The notes: generated from the letters alone by a model not told the origin. A stretch of 32,000 bases of DNA from Erysipelotrichaceae bacterium (GCA_028698185.1 JAQVDW010000001.1:1-32000); one strand, 5' to 3'. Shown: positions 8,804 to 17,963, counted from the first letter of the stretch. Program-made: numbers and translations.

Positions 8804-8832
8804 TTGTAATTTTCGCCCACTTTTAGTATCAT
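8804..8832 (+). promoter_or_regulatory. Candidate sigma-A promoter of the suf operon
   Basis: TTGTAA (8804-8809), 17-nt spacer, TATCAT (8827-8832). It lies about 27 nt upstream of the sufC ATG, with SD AAGGGGG in between. Confidence 0.5.
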
Positions 8833-8858
8833 TATGAAGTACGAAAGGGGGCTGTAAA

Positions 8859-9668
8859 ATGGCAGTATTAAAAATCAAAAATCTTCATGTGGAAGTTGAA
8901 GGTAAAAAAATATTAAAAGGTGTTAATTTGGAAATTAATCCTAATGAAGTTCATGCAATAATGGGCCCAAACGGTAACGGTAAGTCAACACTGTTATCAA
9001 CGATCATGGGTAACCCTAAATATATTGTTACAGAAGGTTCGATTGAATTGGACGGCAAAGACTTGATTCAAATGAGTGTTGATGAAAGGTCTAAAGCTGG
9101 TCTTTTTTTAGCAATGCAATATCCCCAAGAAATTCCTGGAGTCACAACTTCAGACTTCTTAAGAGCGGCTATGAATGCGCGCAGGGAAAAGCCAATCTCT
9201 TTGTTCAAATTCATCAAAGAACTTGACGGGGCGATTACGGAATTGAAAATGGACGAAAATCTGGCTCACCGTTATTTGAACGCCGGTTTCTCCGGTGGAG
9301 AAAAGAAACGCAATGAGATCTTGCAGATGAAACTGTTGCAACCGCAAATCGCAATGCTTGATGAGATTGATTCCGGACTTGATGTGGATGCCTTGAGAAT
9401 AGTTGCTCAGGCGATAAATGAAATGCGTGACGAAAATCGCAGTATGATGCTCGTTTCCCATTATGAAAGAATGTTCAAACTGGTTGAACCTACTCATGTT
9501 CACGTTATTGTCAATGGTGTGATTGTTCTGGAAGGCGGACCTGAAATTGTCGACAAGATCGATACTGAAGGTTATGACTGGGTAAAGGAATTGGGAATTG
9601 AACTGCTCCAAGATGAGGAACGTAAGCCTATCTTGTTGGAAAATTGCGCTCATGCAGGTAAGTTTTAA
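8859..9668 (+). CDS. sufC: Fe-S cluster assembly ATPase SufC
   Basis: Walker A GPNGNGKST, ABC signature FSGGEKKR, Walker B MLDEIDSGLD. It is the first gene of a sufCDSUB array. Confidence 0.95.
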   Translation: MAVLKIKNLHVEVEGKKILKGVNLEINPNEVHAIMGPNGNGKSTLLSTIMGNPKYIVTEGSIELDGKDLIQMSVDERSKAGLFLAMQYPQEIPGVTTSDFLRAAMNARREKPISLFKFIKELDGAITELKMDENLAHRYLNAGFSGGEKKRNEILQMKLLQPQIAMLDEIDSGLDVDALRIVAQAINEMRDENRSMMLVSHYERMFKLVEPTHVHVIVNGVIVLEGGPEIVDKIDTEGYDWVKELGIELLQDEERKPILLENCAHAGKF

Positions 9669-10543
9669 TGGACGGCGCTATCAATAATGTTATTGTAATT
9701 GACAATGAAATAAGTATTATTGAAACTGATAACAAGATAAAAATTGTCAACAACAATATCATTGTGTCACAACCTACAAGTCTTAAGGTGGTTTACAAAT
9801 CAATTCCCGATTGCAAGAATTTGGTTTTCACAGTTGTGTCTGATCTTGATCTGTATGAGTTTTATGAGTTTGAAGGCGACAGCAATATTGAAAACGAGTA
9901 TCAAATAGAACCACAAGCAAATGTGAACCGCTATGTTGAGAACCGGACTTCGGAAAAATTTGCTTTGAACATTGAAGAGACTGTCAATGTCAAAGACGCG
10001 CTTATTAGAAGTGCGTACCTTGATCTGGGCGCTACAAATTGTGAAAACAAGATCAGTTATAATCTTCTGACGCCAGGGGGCGAAGCGCATGTCCACCTGG
10101 GAGTCTTAAGCAGCAACAGCAAGAAAAAATACGATATTGCCCTGAACCATCTTAACCATCATACTTATGGCAATATGGACAACTACGGCATTGTAAAAAA
10201 TGCCGGGAGCCTGATTATCAACGGCATCGGCAAAATCGCCAAGGGTTGTTCTAAATCGAATACCCATCAAATCAACAAAATCATCGTATTTGACAAGAAA
10301 TGCCAGGCTCAGGCGAATCCTTACCTGCTGGTTGATGAATATGATGTCAATGCGTCACATGGCGCAAGTGTTGGGAAGATCGATGACCAACAGCTTTTCT
10401 ATCTTCAATCAAGGGGACTCACCTCACAGCAAGCGATGAGCCTTGTCACCATCGGTTATTTTATGCCGGTTATCAACTATATCAAGAATGAAAAGATAAA
10501 AGAAGATGTTGGTGAATTGTTGAACGAGAAGGTGGTGGGTTGA
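9668..10543 (+). CDS. sufD: Fe-S cluster assembly protein SufD (short form, 291 aa)
   Basis: The position between sufC and sufS fits SufD, as does the conserved C-terminal motif VNASHGASVGKIDDQQLFYLQSRGL. The start overlaps the sufC stop (TAATG). Confidence 0.8.
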   Translation: MDGAINNVIVIDNEISIIETDNKIKIVNNNIIVSQPTSLKVVYKSIPDCKNLVFTVVSDLDLYEFYEFEGDSNIENEYQIEPQANVNRYVENRTSEKFALNIEETVNVKDALIRSAYLDLGATNCENKISYNLLTPGGEAHVHLGVLSSNSKKKYDIALNHLNHHTYGNMDNYGIVKNAGSLIINGIGKIAKGCSKSNTHQINKIIVFDKKCQAQANPYLLVDEYDVNASHGASVGKIDDQQLFYLQSRGLTSQQAMSLVTIGYFMPVINYIKNEKIKEDVGELLNEKVVG

Positions 10544-11766
10544 TGCTCGATGTAGAAAAAATCCGCAAAGACTTTCCGGTCTTACAAAACGCCAAAATGC
10601 AGGGTAAATCGCTGGTTTATCTAGATAATGGTGCGACTACTCTAAAACCCCAATGTGTCATTGATGCAATCGTCAATTATTATTCGAATCTTGGAGCCAA
10701 TGCTCATAGAGGCGATTATGATTTGTCTTTGGAAGTCGACCAGCTTTTTGAAGGTGTCCGGACTAAGGTTGCCGATTTGATCAACTGTCAGAAAGAAGAA
10801 GTTGTTTTCACTTCCGGCACTACTGATTCGCTCAATCTTGTTGCCTACGGCTACGGCTTGGGTCATCTAAATGAAGGTGATGAAATTTTGATAAATTATT
10901 CCGAGCATGCTTCAAATACCTTGCCTTGGTTCGAGGTCGCAAAGAAAACCGGCAGCAAAATCAAATACATCGACTTGGATGAACAGGGTAAGATAATCCT
11001 GGAAAACGTCAAAAAAGCGGTGACGCCAAATACAAAGCTGGTGGCTTTGGCACAGGTTTCCAATGTTTTGGGATACGAAATCGATTTGAAGGAAATCATT
11101 GCTTTTCTTCATTCAAAGAACATTGTCGTGGTTGTCGACGGTGCCCAATCAGTTCCCCATCAAAAAGTTGATGTGCAGGAACTGGACATCGATTTCCTGG
11201 CGTTTTCAGCACATAAAATGTGCGGACCTACCGGGGTCGGTATCCTCTATGGGAAAATGAGCTTGCTGGAAATGACAAATCCGACCCGTTACGGAGGTGG
11301 ATCAAACGCTCGCTATGACAAGGAGTGTCAGATCAAGCTCAAGGAAATTCCGACGCGGTTTGAGTCGGGTACGCCAAACATTGCTGGAGTGATCGGCTTT
11401 GGTGCTGCGATTGATTATCTCAATTCGATCGGCTTTGATGCGATCCATAAACATGAAATCGAACTGCGCAAATATGCGATATCAAAGCTGAAACAAGTTG
11501 ACAAAGTTATTGTCTATAATGAGAATTCCACTGGGCCTATTGCCTTCAATATTAAAGGCGTCTTTGCCCAGGATGTTGCATCCCTTTTCAATAAGGAAGG
11601 GATTGCGGTACGCAATGGAAATCATTGCGCAAAATTGCTCCACAATTTTTTGAATACCAATCAAACTTTGCGAGCAAGTCTCTACTTCTACAATTCCGTC
11701 GAAGATATTGATCGGTTTGTTGAAGTATGCAAGAAAGGAGATGAATTTCTCGATGCCTTCTTTTAA
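10540..11766 (+). CDS. sufS: Cysteine desulfurase SufS (class II aminotransferase V)
   Basis: PLP-lysine context SAHKMCGPTG, catalytic-Cys loop RNGNHCA, and an N-terminus FPVL...YLDNGATT. Confidence 0.95.
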   Translation: MMLDVEKIRKDFPVLQNAKMQGKSLVYLDNGATTLKPQCVIDAIVNYYSNLGANAHRGDYDLSLEVDQLFEGVRTKVADLINCQKEEVVFTSGTTDSLNLVAYGYGLGHLNEGDEILINYSEHASNTLPWFEVAKKTGSKIKYIDLDEQGKIILENVKKAVTPNTKLVALAQVSNVLGYEIDLKEIIAFLHSKNIVVVVDGAQSVPHQKVDVQELDIDFLAFSAHKMCGPTGVGILYGKMSLLEMTNPTRYGGGSNARYDKECQIKLKEIPTRFESGTPNIAGVIGFGAAIDYLNSIGFDAIHKHEIELRKYAISKLKQVDKVIVYNENSTGPIAFNIKGVFAQDVASLFNKEGIAVRNGNHCAKLLHNFLNTNQTLRASLYFYNSVEDIDRFVEVCKKGDEFLDAFF

Positions 11767-12184
11767 TGAGGAAGAATTGTTTAAAGCAATCATTTTAGAC
11801 CACTATAAAGACCCACGTCATCATCAGCTTGTCGATGACAGCGGTTATAAGAGAATAAATATGGATTCAACAACTTGCATTGACAACATTGATATCCAGT
11901 TGTTGATGGATGGAGATATCATCAAGGATATCCGGTTTGATGGAGAATCTTGCGCTATTTCAACAGCATCGACTTCGATCATGACCGAACTTCTGATCGG
12001 GAAAACCCGTGAAGAGGCCAATGAGATTATTAAGAATTTTAATAACATGATTTTTGAAAAAGATTATGACCCCGAAATTCTCGAAGAAGCAATTGCATTC
12101 AAAAATACCCATAAGCAAGCAAGCAGGATTAAATGTGCGACTATTGGTTGGAATGGAATTGATAAATTATTGAATGAAAAATAG
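11753..12184 (+). CDS. sufU: Zinc-dependent sulfurtransferase SufU (IscU-like)
   Basis: Motifs ILDHYKDPRH, GESCAIS and RIKCATIGW. I chose the start at MPSFNEE (ATG 11753), which overlaps the sufS 3' end; the ORF track starts 15 codons earlier. Confidence 0.9.
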   Translation: MPSFNEEELFKAIILDHYKDPRHHQLVDDSGYKRINMDSTTCIDNIDIQLLMDGDIIKDIRFDGESCAISTASTSIMTELLIGKTREEANEIIKNFNNMIFEKDYDPEILEEAIAFKNTHKQASRIKCATIGWNGIDKLLNEK

Positions 12185-12193
12185 GTGGTATAT

Positions 12194-13600
12194 ATGGAAG
12201 AAAAAGAAAAAAATTTAGCTTTTCAAAATGAAGATTTTGGTGTTGCCGACGTGGTCGAGAACTTTTACACCTCAACCAAAGGGTTGAAAGAAGAAGTGGT
12301 CCGGGAAATGTCGAAAATCAAAAACGAACCAGAATGGATGCTTGAGTACCGCCTGAAGGCATTGCGCAAATTCAAGGAAATGCCGATGCCTACCTGGGGT
12401 GTGGATCTGAGCAATATCGATTTTGAGGAGTATACGTACTATATAAAACCTTCGGAAAAACAGACTGCTTCATGGGATGATGTTCCTGAGACAATCAAGG
12501 AAACCTTTGATCGGTTAGGTCTCCCGGAAGCAGAACAAAAATTTCTAGCAGGGATGTCGACTCAATACGAGTCTGAAGTTGTTTACCATAACATGCTTGA
12601 TGAGCTGAATGAAAAAGGTGTGGTGTTCCTTGACACCGACAGCGGATTGCGGGAATATCCGGAAATGTTCAAGAAATATTTCGATACGGTAATCCCATAT
12701 ACTGACAATAAATTTTCTGCCTTGAACGGAGCGTTCTGGTCAGGAGGATCGTTTGTCTATGTCCCAAAAGGAGTCAAGCTTGAAAAACCGATTCAGTCTT
12801 ATTTCCGGATCAATACCGAAAGCTCGGGCCAATTTGAGCGGACATTGATTATCGTTGACGAAGGTGCCGATGTTCATTATGTGGAAGGCTGTACCGCACC
12901 GACATTCTCAAAGGATGCGTTGCACTCAGGGGTTGTCGAAATCGTTGTCTTGGATGGTGCGAAGTGCCGTTATACGACAATACAAAACTGGTCCCACAAC
13001 ATTCTTAATCTTGTAACGCAAAGGGCTCGCGTTGGCAACGACGCTTCAATGGAATGGGTCGATGGCAATCTCGGAAGTGAAAAAACCATGAAGTACCCAT
13101 GCTGCGTCTTGGCTGGCGACAACTCGAAGGGGAGCGCGATAACAGTAGCGGTCGCCCGCAACAACCAAGTTCTTGATTCTGGCGCAAAGATGATTCATTT
13201 GGGAAAAAACACTTCTAGCACAATTGTGTCAAAATCAATTGCGCTCAATGGTGGCAAAGCTAATTATCGCGGCCTGATCCGTCACAATCCTACTGCGAAC
13301 AATGCCCGTTCAAAGGTGGAATGTGATACGATGATTATCGATGAGAAATCAACATCGGACACTTTGCCGACGAATTTGTCTTTGAATGCGGATTCGATCA
13401 TCGAACATGAAGCTACGGTATCCAAAATATCCGAAGACCAGCTTTTCTACCTGATGTCTCGGGGCTTGACTGAAAAGGAAGCGGCAGAGATGATCATAAT
13501 GGGCTTCATTGAGCCGTTCTCAAAAGAATTGCCTATGGAGTACGCGGTCGAACTAAATCAGTTGATTAAGATGGATTTTGGAGACAGCAAAATTGGATAA
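12194..13600 (+). CDS. sufB: Fe-S cluster scaffold SufB
   Basis: About 468 aa with typical SufB blocks ([45 protein letters not shown]). ATG 12194 is preceded by AGGTGG; the ORF track starts at GTG 12185. Confidence 0.95.
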   Translation: MEEKEKNLAFQNEDFGVADVVENFYTSTKGLKEEVVREMSKIKNEPEWMLEYRLKALRKFKEMPMPTWGVDLSNIDFEEYTYYIKPSEKQTASWDDVPETIKETFDRLGLPEAEQKFLAGMSTQYESEVVYHNMLDELNEKGVVFLDTDSGLREYPEMFKKYFDTVIPYTDNKFSALNGAFWSGGSFVYVPKGVKLEKPIQSYFRINTESSGQFERTLIIVDEGADVHYVEGCTAPTFSKDALHSGVVEIVVLDGAKCRYTTIQNWSHNILNLVTQRARVGNDASMEWVDGNLGSEKTMKYPCCVLAGDNSKGSAITVAVARNNQVLDSGAKMIHLGKNTSSTIVSKSIALNGGKANYRGLIRHNPTANNARSKVECDTMIIDEKSTSDTLPTNLSLNADSIIEHEATVSKISEDQLFYLMSRGLTEKEAAEMIIMGFIEPFSKELPMEYAVELNQLIKMDFGDSKIG

Positions 13601-14126
13601 GAATGAGCTGCGCAGCTCAATGATGAAAAAACGTGGCGAACTTTCTGCCTTGGAGCATTGCAATCTATCAAATATCATTTTCAATAAGGTAATTCATGAT
13701 GAGCGGTTTTTGAACGCTCATCATGTTGGTTTATACGTCAGCTTCAAAAACGAAGTGGATACTCTCAAACTTATCGATTTCTGTCTAAGTCACGGCAAGC
13801 GAGTCAGCGTTCCCCGGGTATCGGGAAAAACGATGGATTTTTATGAAATCAAAAATAAGGACGAACTCAAACCTGGAACATTCGGGGTGCTCGAACCAAC
13901 AACGGGTGCGATTACGGATAAGAATTCGATCGACATAATTTATGTGCCTCTGCTTGCATATGACAGGAGCAATCATCGGGTTGGATATGGCAAAGGATAT
14001 TATGACAATTATTTGAACGGTTATTGTAATCTTACCATCGGACTGGCCTTTAGCTTCCAAATGGTGGATTCATTTGTAACAAATCCTTTTGATTTTCCCT
14101 TGAATTTTATTTATAATGAACTTTGA
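13578..14126 (+). CDS. 5-formyltetrahydrofolate cyclo-ligase (MTHFS)
   Basis: Family motifs LRSSMMKKR...LS (N-terminus), ...VPLLAYD... and VGYGKGYYD. The start is ambiguous: TTG 13578, TTG 13593 or ATG 13620. The 5' end overlaps the sufB 3' end. Confidence 0.8.
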   Translation: METAKLDKNELRSSMMKKRGELSALEHCNLSNIIFNKVIHDERFLNAHHVGLYVSFKNEVDTLKLIDFCLSHGKRVSVPRVSGKTMDFYEIKNKDELKPGTFGVLEPTTGAITDKNSIDIIYVPLLAYDRSNHRVGYGKGYYDNYLNGYCNLTIGLAFSFQMVDSFVTNPFDFPLNFIYNEL

Positions 14127-14136
14127 GGAAAAAATT

Positions 14137-15546
14137 ATGTCTAGAGAAAAAAATTTGATTTTCAATTCATTAATACTTATGTTGGGGACCTTCTTGCCAA
14201 GAATGGTCAGCTTCTTTACCACACCGATAATAACCGCAAACACGACAGATATCGGTTATGGATACTATCAGCTGACGACAACAACGGTAATTTCGCTTAT
14301 TGTGCCCATCATTTCACTGCAAATAGAACAATCGCTATATCGCTTTTTGATTGATGCAAAAGATGAAATGCAGAAAAAAACGGTTATCACAACCGGATTG
14401 AGTTTCATTTTCGCAATTATGGCCGTAGTTGGAGTGATCGGCATCATAATTCCAATTCCAATCTATCCTGGAATCTGGAAGATTGTCCTGATTATTTATC
14501 TGTTTTCGGAAATTCTAGCTGGTCAGTCACGCTTTATCTTAAGAGGATTTTCGAAATACAAAAATTATTCGACTCAAGCTGCATTGATTGTATTTGTGAA
14601 TTTCCTGTTCATCTTCATCAACTTGGTTGTTTTTGATTTCGGATATCTTGGGATAATCCTTTCTTTGGCCTTGGCAAACCTTGTTGGAATCATCTACGTA
14701 GTAATCGTAGGTCAAGTATACAAGTACTATCGCCCGAAATTGTTTGACAAGCTGCTGTTTAGTGATATGCTTCATTATAGCCTGCCATTTCTGCCTAACA
14801 ATATCGCATGGTATTTGAATACGACATCCGACCGTTGGATGCTCAATCTGTTTTTTGGTGCCGCTGCAACCGGTATTTACGGTGCGGCCAATCAGATACC
14901 TTCACTTGTCAATCTTATCTATCCGGCATTCAATATGGCATGGATGGAATCGGCAATCAAAAGCGCCAATGACAGCGACCGTGAGGCTTACTATCTTAAA
15001 ATGTATCGTATTCTATTCCGGCTTTTGGCTGCCGGTTCGGTAATATTGATGATCGTTTCACCAGTGCTTTACAATCTGTTGATCAGAAACAGCGATCTTT
15101 ATGATGGGTTCAAATACACATCACTTCTGATAGTAGCTGTGTTTGTTTACAGTCTGGCTCAGTTTTTAGGAAGCATCTACATAGCCTTGAAGCAGACGCG
15201 AAACATGACAGTCTCGACTTCAATCGCAGCTGTTGTCAATATCGCAATCAACCTGGCATTCATGCCGTTTTTCGGGCTGGAGATTGCAGTATATTCGACT
15301 TTCATAGCCAATCTATCGTTGCTGGTATACCGTTTGTATGACATTAACAAGAGATTCATGAAGCTTACAGTCAACAAACGCCAGGTGATATTCACAGCAA
15401 TTGTGATGACAATTGTGGGTTATGCAGTTATTTCAACAAATATTTATTTCATTGTGGCGGGAGTTGCAATTGGTTTGTTTTTTGTCTATGTCATGGCAAT
15501 TGATCTTGTACTTGATATGGCAAAAAAAATCATAAAAAGACTTTAA
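14137..15546 (+). CDS. MOP-superfamily polysaccharide/oligosaccharide flippase (Wzx/MurJ/SpoVB-like)
   Basis: A protein of about 470 aa with around 14 hydrophobic helices and a typical N-terminus NSLILMLGTFLPRMVSFFTTPI. ATG 14137 has SD GAGG 8 nt upstream. An alternative ATG at 14116 overlaps the MTHFS gene. Confidence 0.75.
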   Translation: MSREKNLIFNSLILMLGTFLPRMVSFFTTPIITANTTDIGYGYYQLTTTTVISLIVPIISLQIEQSLYRFLIDAKDEMQKKTVITTGLSFIFAIMAVVGVIGIIIPIPIYPGIWKIVLIIYLFSEILAGQSRFILRGFSKYKNYSTQAALIVFVNFLFIFINLVVFDFGYLGIILSLALANLVGIIYVVIVGQVYKYYRPKLFDKLLFSDMLHYSLPFLPNNIAWYLNTTSDRWMLNLFFGAAATGIYGAANQIPSLVNLIYPAFNMAWMESAIKSANDSDREAYYLKMYRILFRLLAAGSVILMIVSPVLYNLLIRNSDLYDGFKYTSLLIVAVFVYSLAQFLGSIYIALKQTRNMTVSTSIAAVVNIAINLAFMPFFGLEIAVYSTFIANLSLLVYRLYDINKRFMKLTVNKRQVIFTAIVMTIVGYAVISTNIYFIVAGVAIGLFFVYVMAIDLVLDMAKKIIKRL

Positions 15547-15571
15547 AGAGCGATTTTCTCGCTCTTTTTTT
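15547..15571 (+). terminator. Rho-independent terminator of the flippase gene, which also serves as the docking site of the group IIC intron
   Basis: Stem AGAGCGA / TCGCTCT (15547-15553 / 15559-15565), 5-nt loop, T-run 15566-15571. Confidence 0.8.
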
Positions 15572-15572
15572 A

Positions 15573-16367
15573 GTATGCCGGGCACGGCATATATCTAGGT
15601 GGTAAAAGTCCACTGCGGGGAGACGCCGCAACTGCCAACCACTCCCAAATATCAAGAGTGTCCGTCGTGTGGTGGAATTTGAAATAAGATCGGGGAAAAA
15701 CCAGGTCCGAGGAACACGGATCACATTAGGCATGTAACGAAGACGAGTGTGCATCACAATGCAAAGTCTAAGAAGTTGCGAGATGGCAATAGTCAAAGCG
15801 CTGGAGCTATGGATGACGGTTTTCAATGGGCGCTGGAGATCGACTTGGATAAGTTATTTGGCACTTTTTCTCATGATAAACTGACAACTTTTGTGATTAG
15901 AGATGTCAAAAACGGTGAAATCGTATCTCTAATCAGGAAATTCCTGGTAAGCGGAATAATGATTTTATCGCATAATAAGGACCGCTGAGTACATTGCTCA
16001 GTAATATCGTTCTTAATGAACTGGACAAGGAGTTGGAAGCTAGAGGGTTGCATTTTACCTGATAAGCTGATGCTTGCATTATCTTTGTCGGAAGCAGTAA
16101 AGCTGCAGGTAAGGTAATGGCAAGCACAAGCAAGTTCATTGAAAAGAAACCGAGTCTCAAAGTAAATATGATTAAAAGCATGGTATCCAAACATAAGGAT
16201 ATAAAATATCTTGGTTTCGGATTTTGATTTGACGGCTTTTGCCAATCTTGGAATGCAAAGCTCCATGCGAAATCAATAGCAACATTAAAAGCAAAAATAA
16301 AGAAACTGAGGAATCGAAGTTAGTCAGTATCATTAGAATATCGAAGCGCGAAGATTAGAGAATTAAT
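15573..16367 (+). mobile_element. Decayed group II intron (class C-like): intact-looking 5' end and part of domain I, internally deleted, with the 3' part missing
   Basis: It starts GTATGCCGGGCA... two nt after the terminator T-run. The first ~200 nt run parallel to the bacterial IIC ribozyme 5' region as I remember it (e.g. ...GAGTGTCCGTCG...GGAATTTGAA... and ...GGTCCGAGGAACACGGA...). RT-like coding remnants follow. No domain V/VI lies downstream. Confidence 0.75.
15749..16367 (+). pseudogene. Group II intron reverse transcriptase/maturase pseudogene
   Basis: The translated fragments match RT blocks 4-7 and the start of the thumb: ALEIDLDKLFGTFSHDKL; LLSNIVLNELDKELEARGLHFT followed by two stops, then ADACIIFVGSSKAAGKVMASTSKFIEKKPSLKVNMIKS...IKYLGFGF, stop, ...ATLKAKIKKLRNRS, stop, SVSLEYRSAKIRELM. 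There is one frameshift near 15990 and several in-frame stops. YADD is replaced by stop-ADA, and N-terminal RT blocks are deleted. Confidence 0.8.
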
Positions 16368-16394
16368 GGCCTTTCGCTGTTTACTATGGGTAAG
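16368..16394 (+). repeat. Left terminal inverted repeat of the ISL3 element
   Basis: GGCCTTTCGCTGTTTACTATGGGTAAG matches the reverse complement of 17715-17741 at 21 of 27 positions (hand count). Confidence 0.7.
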
Positions 16395-16473
16395 CAGGTA
16401 AATAGCCTATTGTGGTTATTGTGAAAATGACCTAAAATTGTATCCATATACTACTAACGATTGAGAGGTAATT

Positions 16474-17709
16474 ATGATGGATACTTTGAACTTGTTTACT
16501 ACTGCTTTGAACTTGGATGAACCTTGGACGGTTAGCGATGTCAACTTCTTGGAAACGGATAAAGGTATGGAGCTTCATATTTATATTGGGTTTACAAAGG
16601 GCGGTCAATTCTCTTGCCCGGTTGATAACTGCCAAGAAACTGCGACTGCATATGACACTACTAGAAGAACTTGGCGCCATCTTAACTTCTTTCAATATAA
16701 GACATTTATCCACGCTGACTTGCCTAGAACAAAATGTCCTGATCATGGAGTTCAAACAGTCCATGTCCCATGGGCAAGACCCAGATCAGGTTTCACCTTA
16801 CTTTTTGAAGGTTGGGTGATTGAGTTGGCAAAGCATCTAACAGTATCTCGAATCGCCAAGATGATTGATGAACATGATACACGGTTATGGCGCTTCATCA
16901 AGCATTACGTAAATGAAGCACGAGAACTCGAAGATTATAGCGATGTCACAGCCATCGGCATCGATGAAACAAGCAAGAAAGGTCATAACTATATCACTGT
17001 TGCAGTTGATCTTGAACAACGTAAAGTAATTAACGTAACCCCAGGAAAAGACTCTAAAACAGTGGATAATTTCGTTGAGGATTTCAAGAAACACGGCGGT
17101 AATCCCGGCATGATTAACATCATAACCTGCGACATGTCTTTAGGTTTCAAAAAGGGCATCAAAGAAAACTTCAAAAACAGCAATACAGTTATCGACAAAT
17201 TCCATGTAGTAAAACACGCAAATGAAGCAGTAGATAAAGTCCGTAAAGAGGAAGTTAAAACAAATTCCGTCTTAAAGAAAACCAAATATATCTGGCTGAA
17301 AAATGACAATAACCTGAGCGAATACCAAAAGAAGAAAAAATTCAATTTATCCAAATTAAATCTGAAGACATCCAGGGCATACGATATGCGCCTTGCACTT
17401 CAAGGTATATATGAATCATGCGCTACAGTCGAACAAGCCACAGAGGGATTTAAAAAGATGTGTTCTTGGATGATGCACTCGCGTCTTGAACCGATGAAGG
17501 CATTTGCGAAGACAATACGTAATCATTGGGAGGAAATTCTCAATTATTTCAGGTTCAGATACACCAATGCAATCCTGGAAGGGATGAACGGTATCATTCA
17601 AAATATCAAAACCAGAGCAAAAGGTTTCCGTAACGATGAATACTTCAAAACGTTGATATATTTGGTGTGTGGAAAGCTTAAGCTCGAGTCAGTTGCCAAG
17701 ATGGGCTAA
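16474..17709 (+). CDS. ISL3-family DDE transposase
   Basis: Typical ISL3 N-terminus (LFTTALNLDEPWTVSDVNF...), a zinc-finger-like segment CP..NC...KCPDHG, and blocks RRTWRHLNFFQYKTFIHADLPR, GIDETSKKGHNYITV and FRNDEYF. SD GAGAGG lies upstream. Confidence 0.9.
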   Translation: MMDTLNLFTTALNLDEPWTVSDVNFLETDKGMELHIYIGFTKGGQFSCPVDNCQETATAYDTTRRTWRHLNFFQYKTFIHADLPRTKCPDHGVQTVHVPWARPRSGFTLLFEGWVIELAKHLTVSRIAKMIDEHDTRLWRFIKHYVNEARELEDYSDVTAIGIDETSKKGHNYITVAVDLEQRKVINVTPGKDSKTVDNFVEDFKKHGGNPGMINIITCDMSLGFKKGIKENFKNSNTVIDKFHVVKHANEAVDKVRKEEVKTNSVLKKTKYIWLKNDNNLSEYQKKKKFNLSKLNLKTSRAYDMRLALQGIYESCATVEQATEGFKKMCSWMMHSRLEPMKAFAKTIRNHWEEILNYFRFRYTNAILEGMNGIIQNIKTRAKGFRNDEYFKTLIYLVCGKLKLESVAKMG

Positions 17710-17714
17710 AATTA

Positions 17715-17741
17715 CTTACCCACACTAAATAGCGAAGCCCC
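17715..17741 (-). repeat. Right terminal inverted repeat of the ISL3 element
   Basis: The reverse complement reads GGGGCTTCGCTATTTAGTGTGGGTAAG and pairs with 16368-16394. Confidence 0.7.
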
Positions 17742-17749
17742 AAAATAAC

Positions 17750-17774
17750 AAAAAAAACGACCTGATACAGCCGT
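17750..17774 (-). terminator. Probable terminator of the tRNA operon
   Basis: On the minus strand: ACGGC-(8 nt)-GTCGT, a 5-bp stem including one G-U pair, followed by a T8 run just downstream of tRNA-Leu. The stem is weak. Confidence 0.4.
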
Positions 17775-17785
17775 TATCTTTCATA

Positions 17786-17868
17786 TGGTGCGGGTGAAGG
17801 GACTCGAACCCCCACGGTTACCCGCCAGATCCTAAGTCTGGTGCGTCTGCCAATTTCGCCACACCCGC
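17786..17868 (-). tRNA. tRNA-Leu (anticodon TAG), CCA encoded
   Basis: The reverse complement begins GCGGGTGTGGCGAAATTGGCAGACGC. The anticodon loop is CTTAGGA, there is a long variable arm, and the T-arm is GGTTCGAGTCC. The acceptor stem pairs as GCGGGTG/CACCCGC. Confidence 0.9.
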
Positions 17869-17878
17869 AATATTCAAA

Positions 17879-17954
17879 TGGTGACCCGCAGGCGACTCGA
17901 ACGCCTGACCCTCTGATTAAAAGTCAGATGCTCTACCGACTGAGCTAGCGGGTC
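17879..17954 (-). tRNA. tRNA-Lys (anticodon TTT), CCA encoded
   Basis: The reverse complement reads GACCCGCTAGCTCAGTCGGTAGAGC...; anticodon loop CTTTTAA; T-arm GGCGTTCGAGTCGCC. Confidence 0.9.
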
Positions 17955-17963
17955 AAAATTAGT

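Larger units (their letters stand above)
16368..17741 (+). mobile_element. ISL3-family insertion sequence (1374 bp)
   Basis: One 411-aa ISL3-type transposase ORF flanked by 27-bp imperfect terminal inverted repeats beginning with GG. Confidence 0.8.

Noticed and set aside
9159-9653. Several long antisense ORFs lie opposite well-supported genes. Examples are 9159..9653 - (opposite sufC), 23801..24289 - (citrate synthase), 27202..27678 - (DJ-1), 4209..4696 - (yhaM), 25673..26053 + (coaX) and 31459..31959 - (ftsK).
   Set aside because: Each lies fully within a gene whose product has clear family motifs on the other strand. Their translations are low-complexity or unrecognisable, and none has a convincing SD.
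15590-15625. The segment AGGTGGTAAAAGTCCACTGCGGGG superficially resembles the GGTGA-AA-TCC core of a cobalamin riboswitch.
   Set aside because: It lies inside a stretch that runs parallel to group IIC intron domain I and is followed by RT remnants. No B12-related gene lies downstream, and I saw no B12 box (GCCACTG).
15749-16266. ORFs inside the intron remnant (15749..15988 +, 15871..16266 -, 15933..16190 -) might be small genes.
   Set aside because: The plus-strand ORF is a fragment of the decayed RT. The minus-strand ORFs are antisense shadows with no SD and no recognisable motifs.
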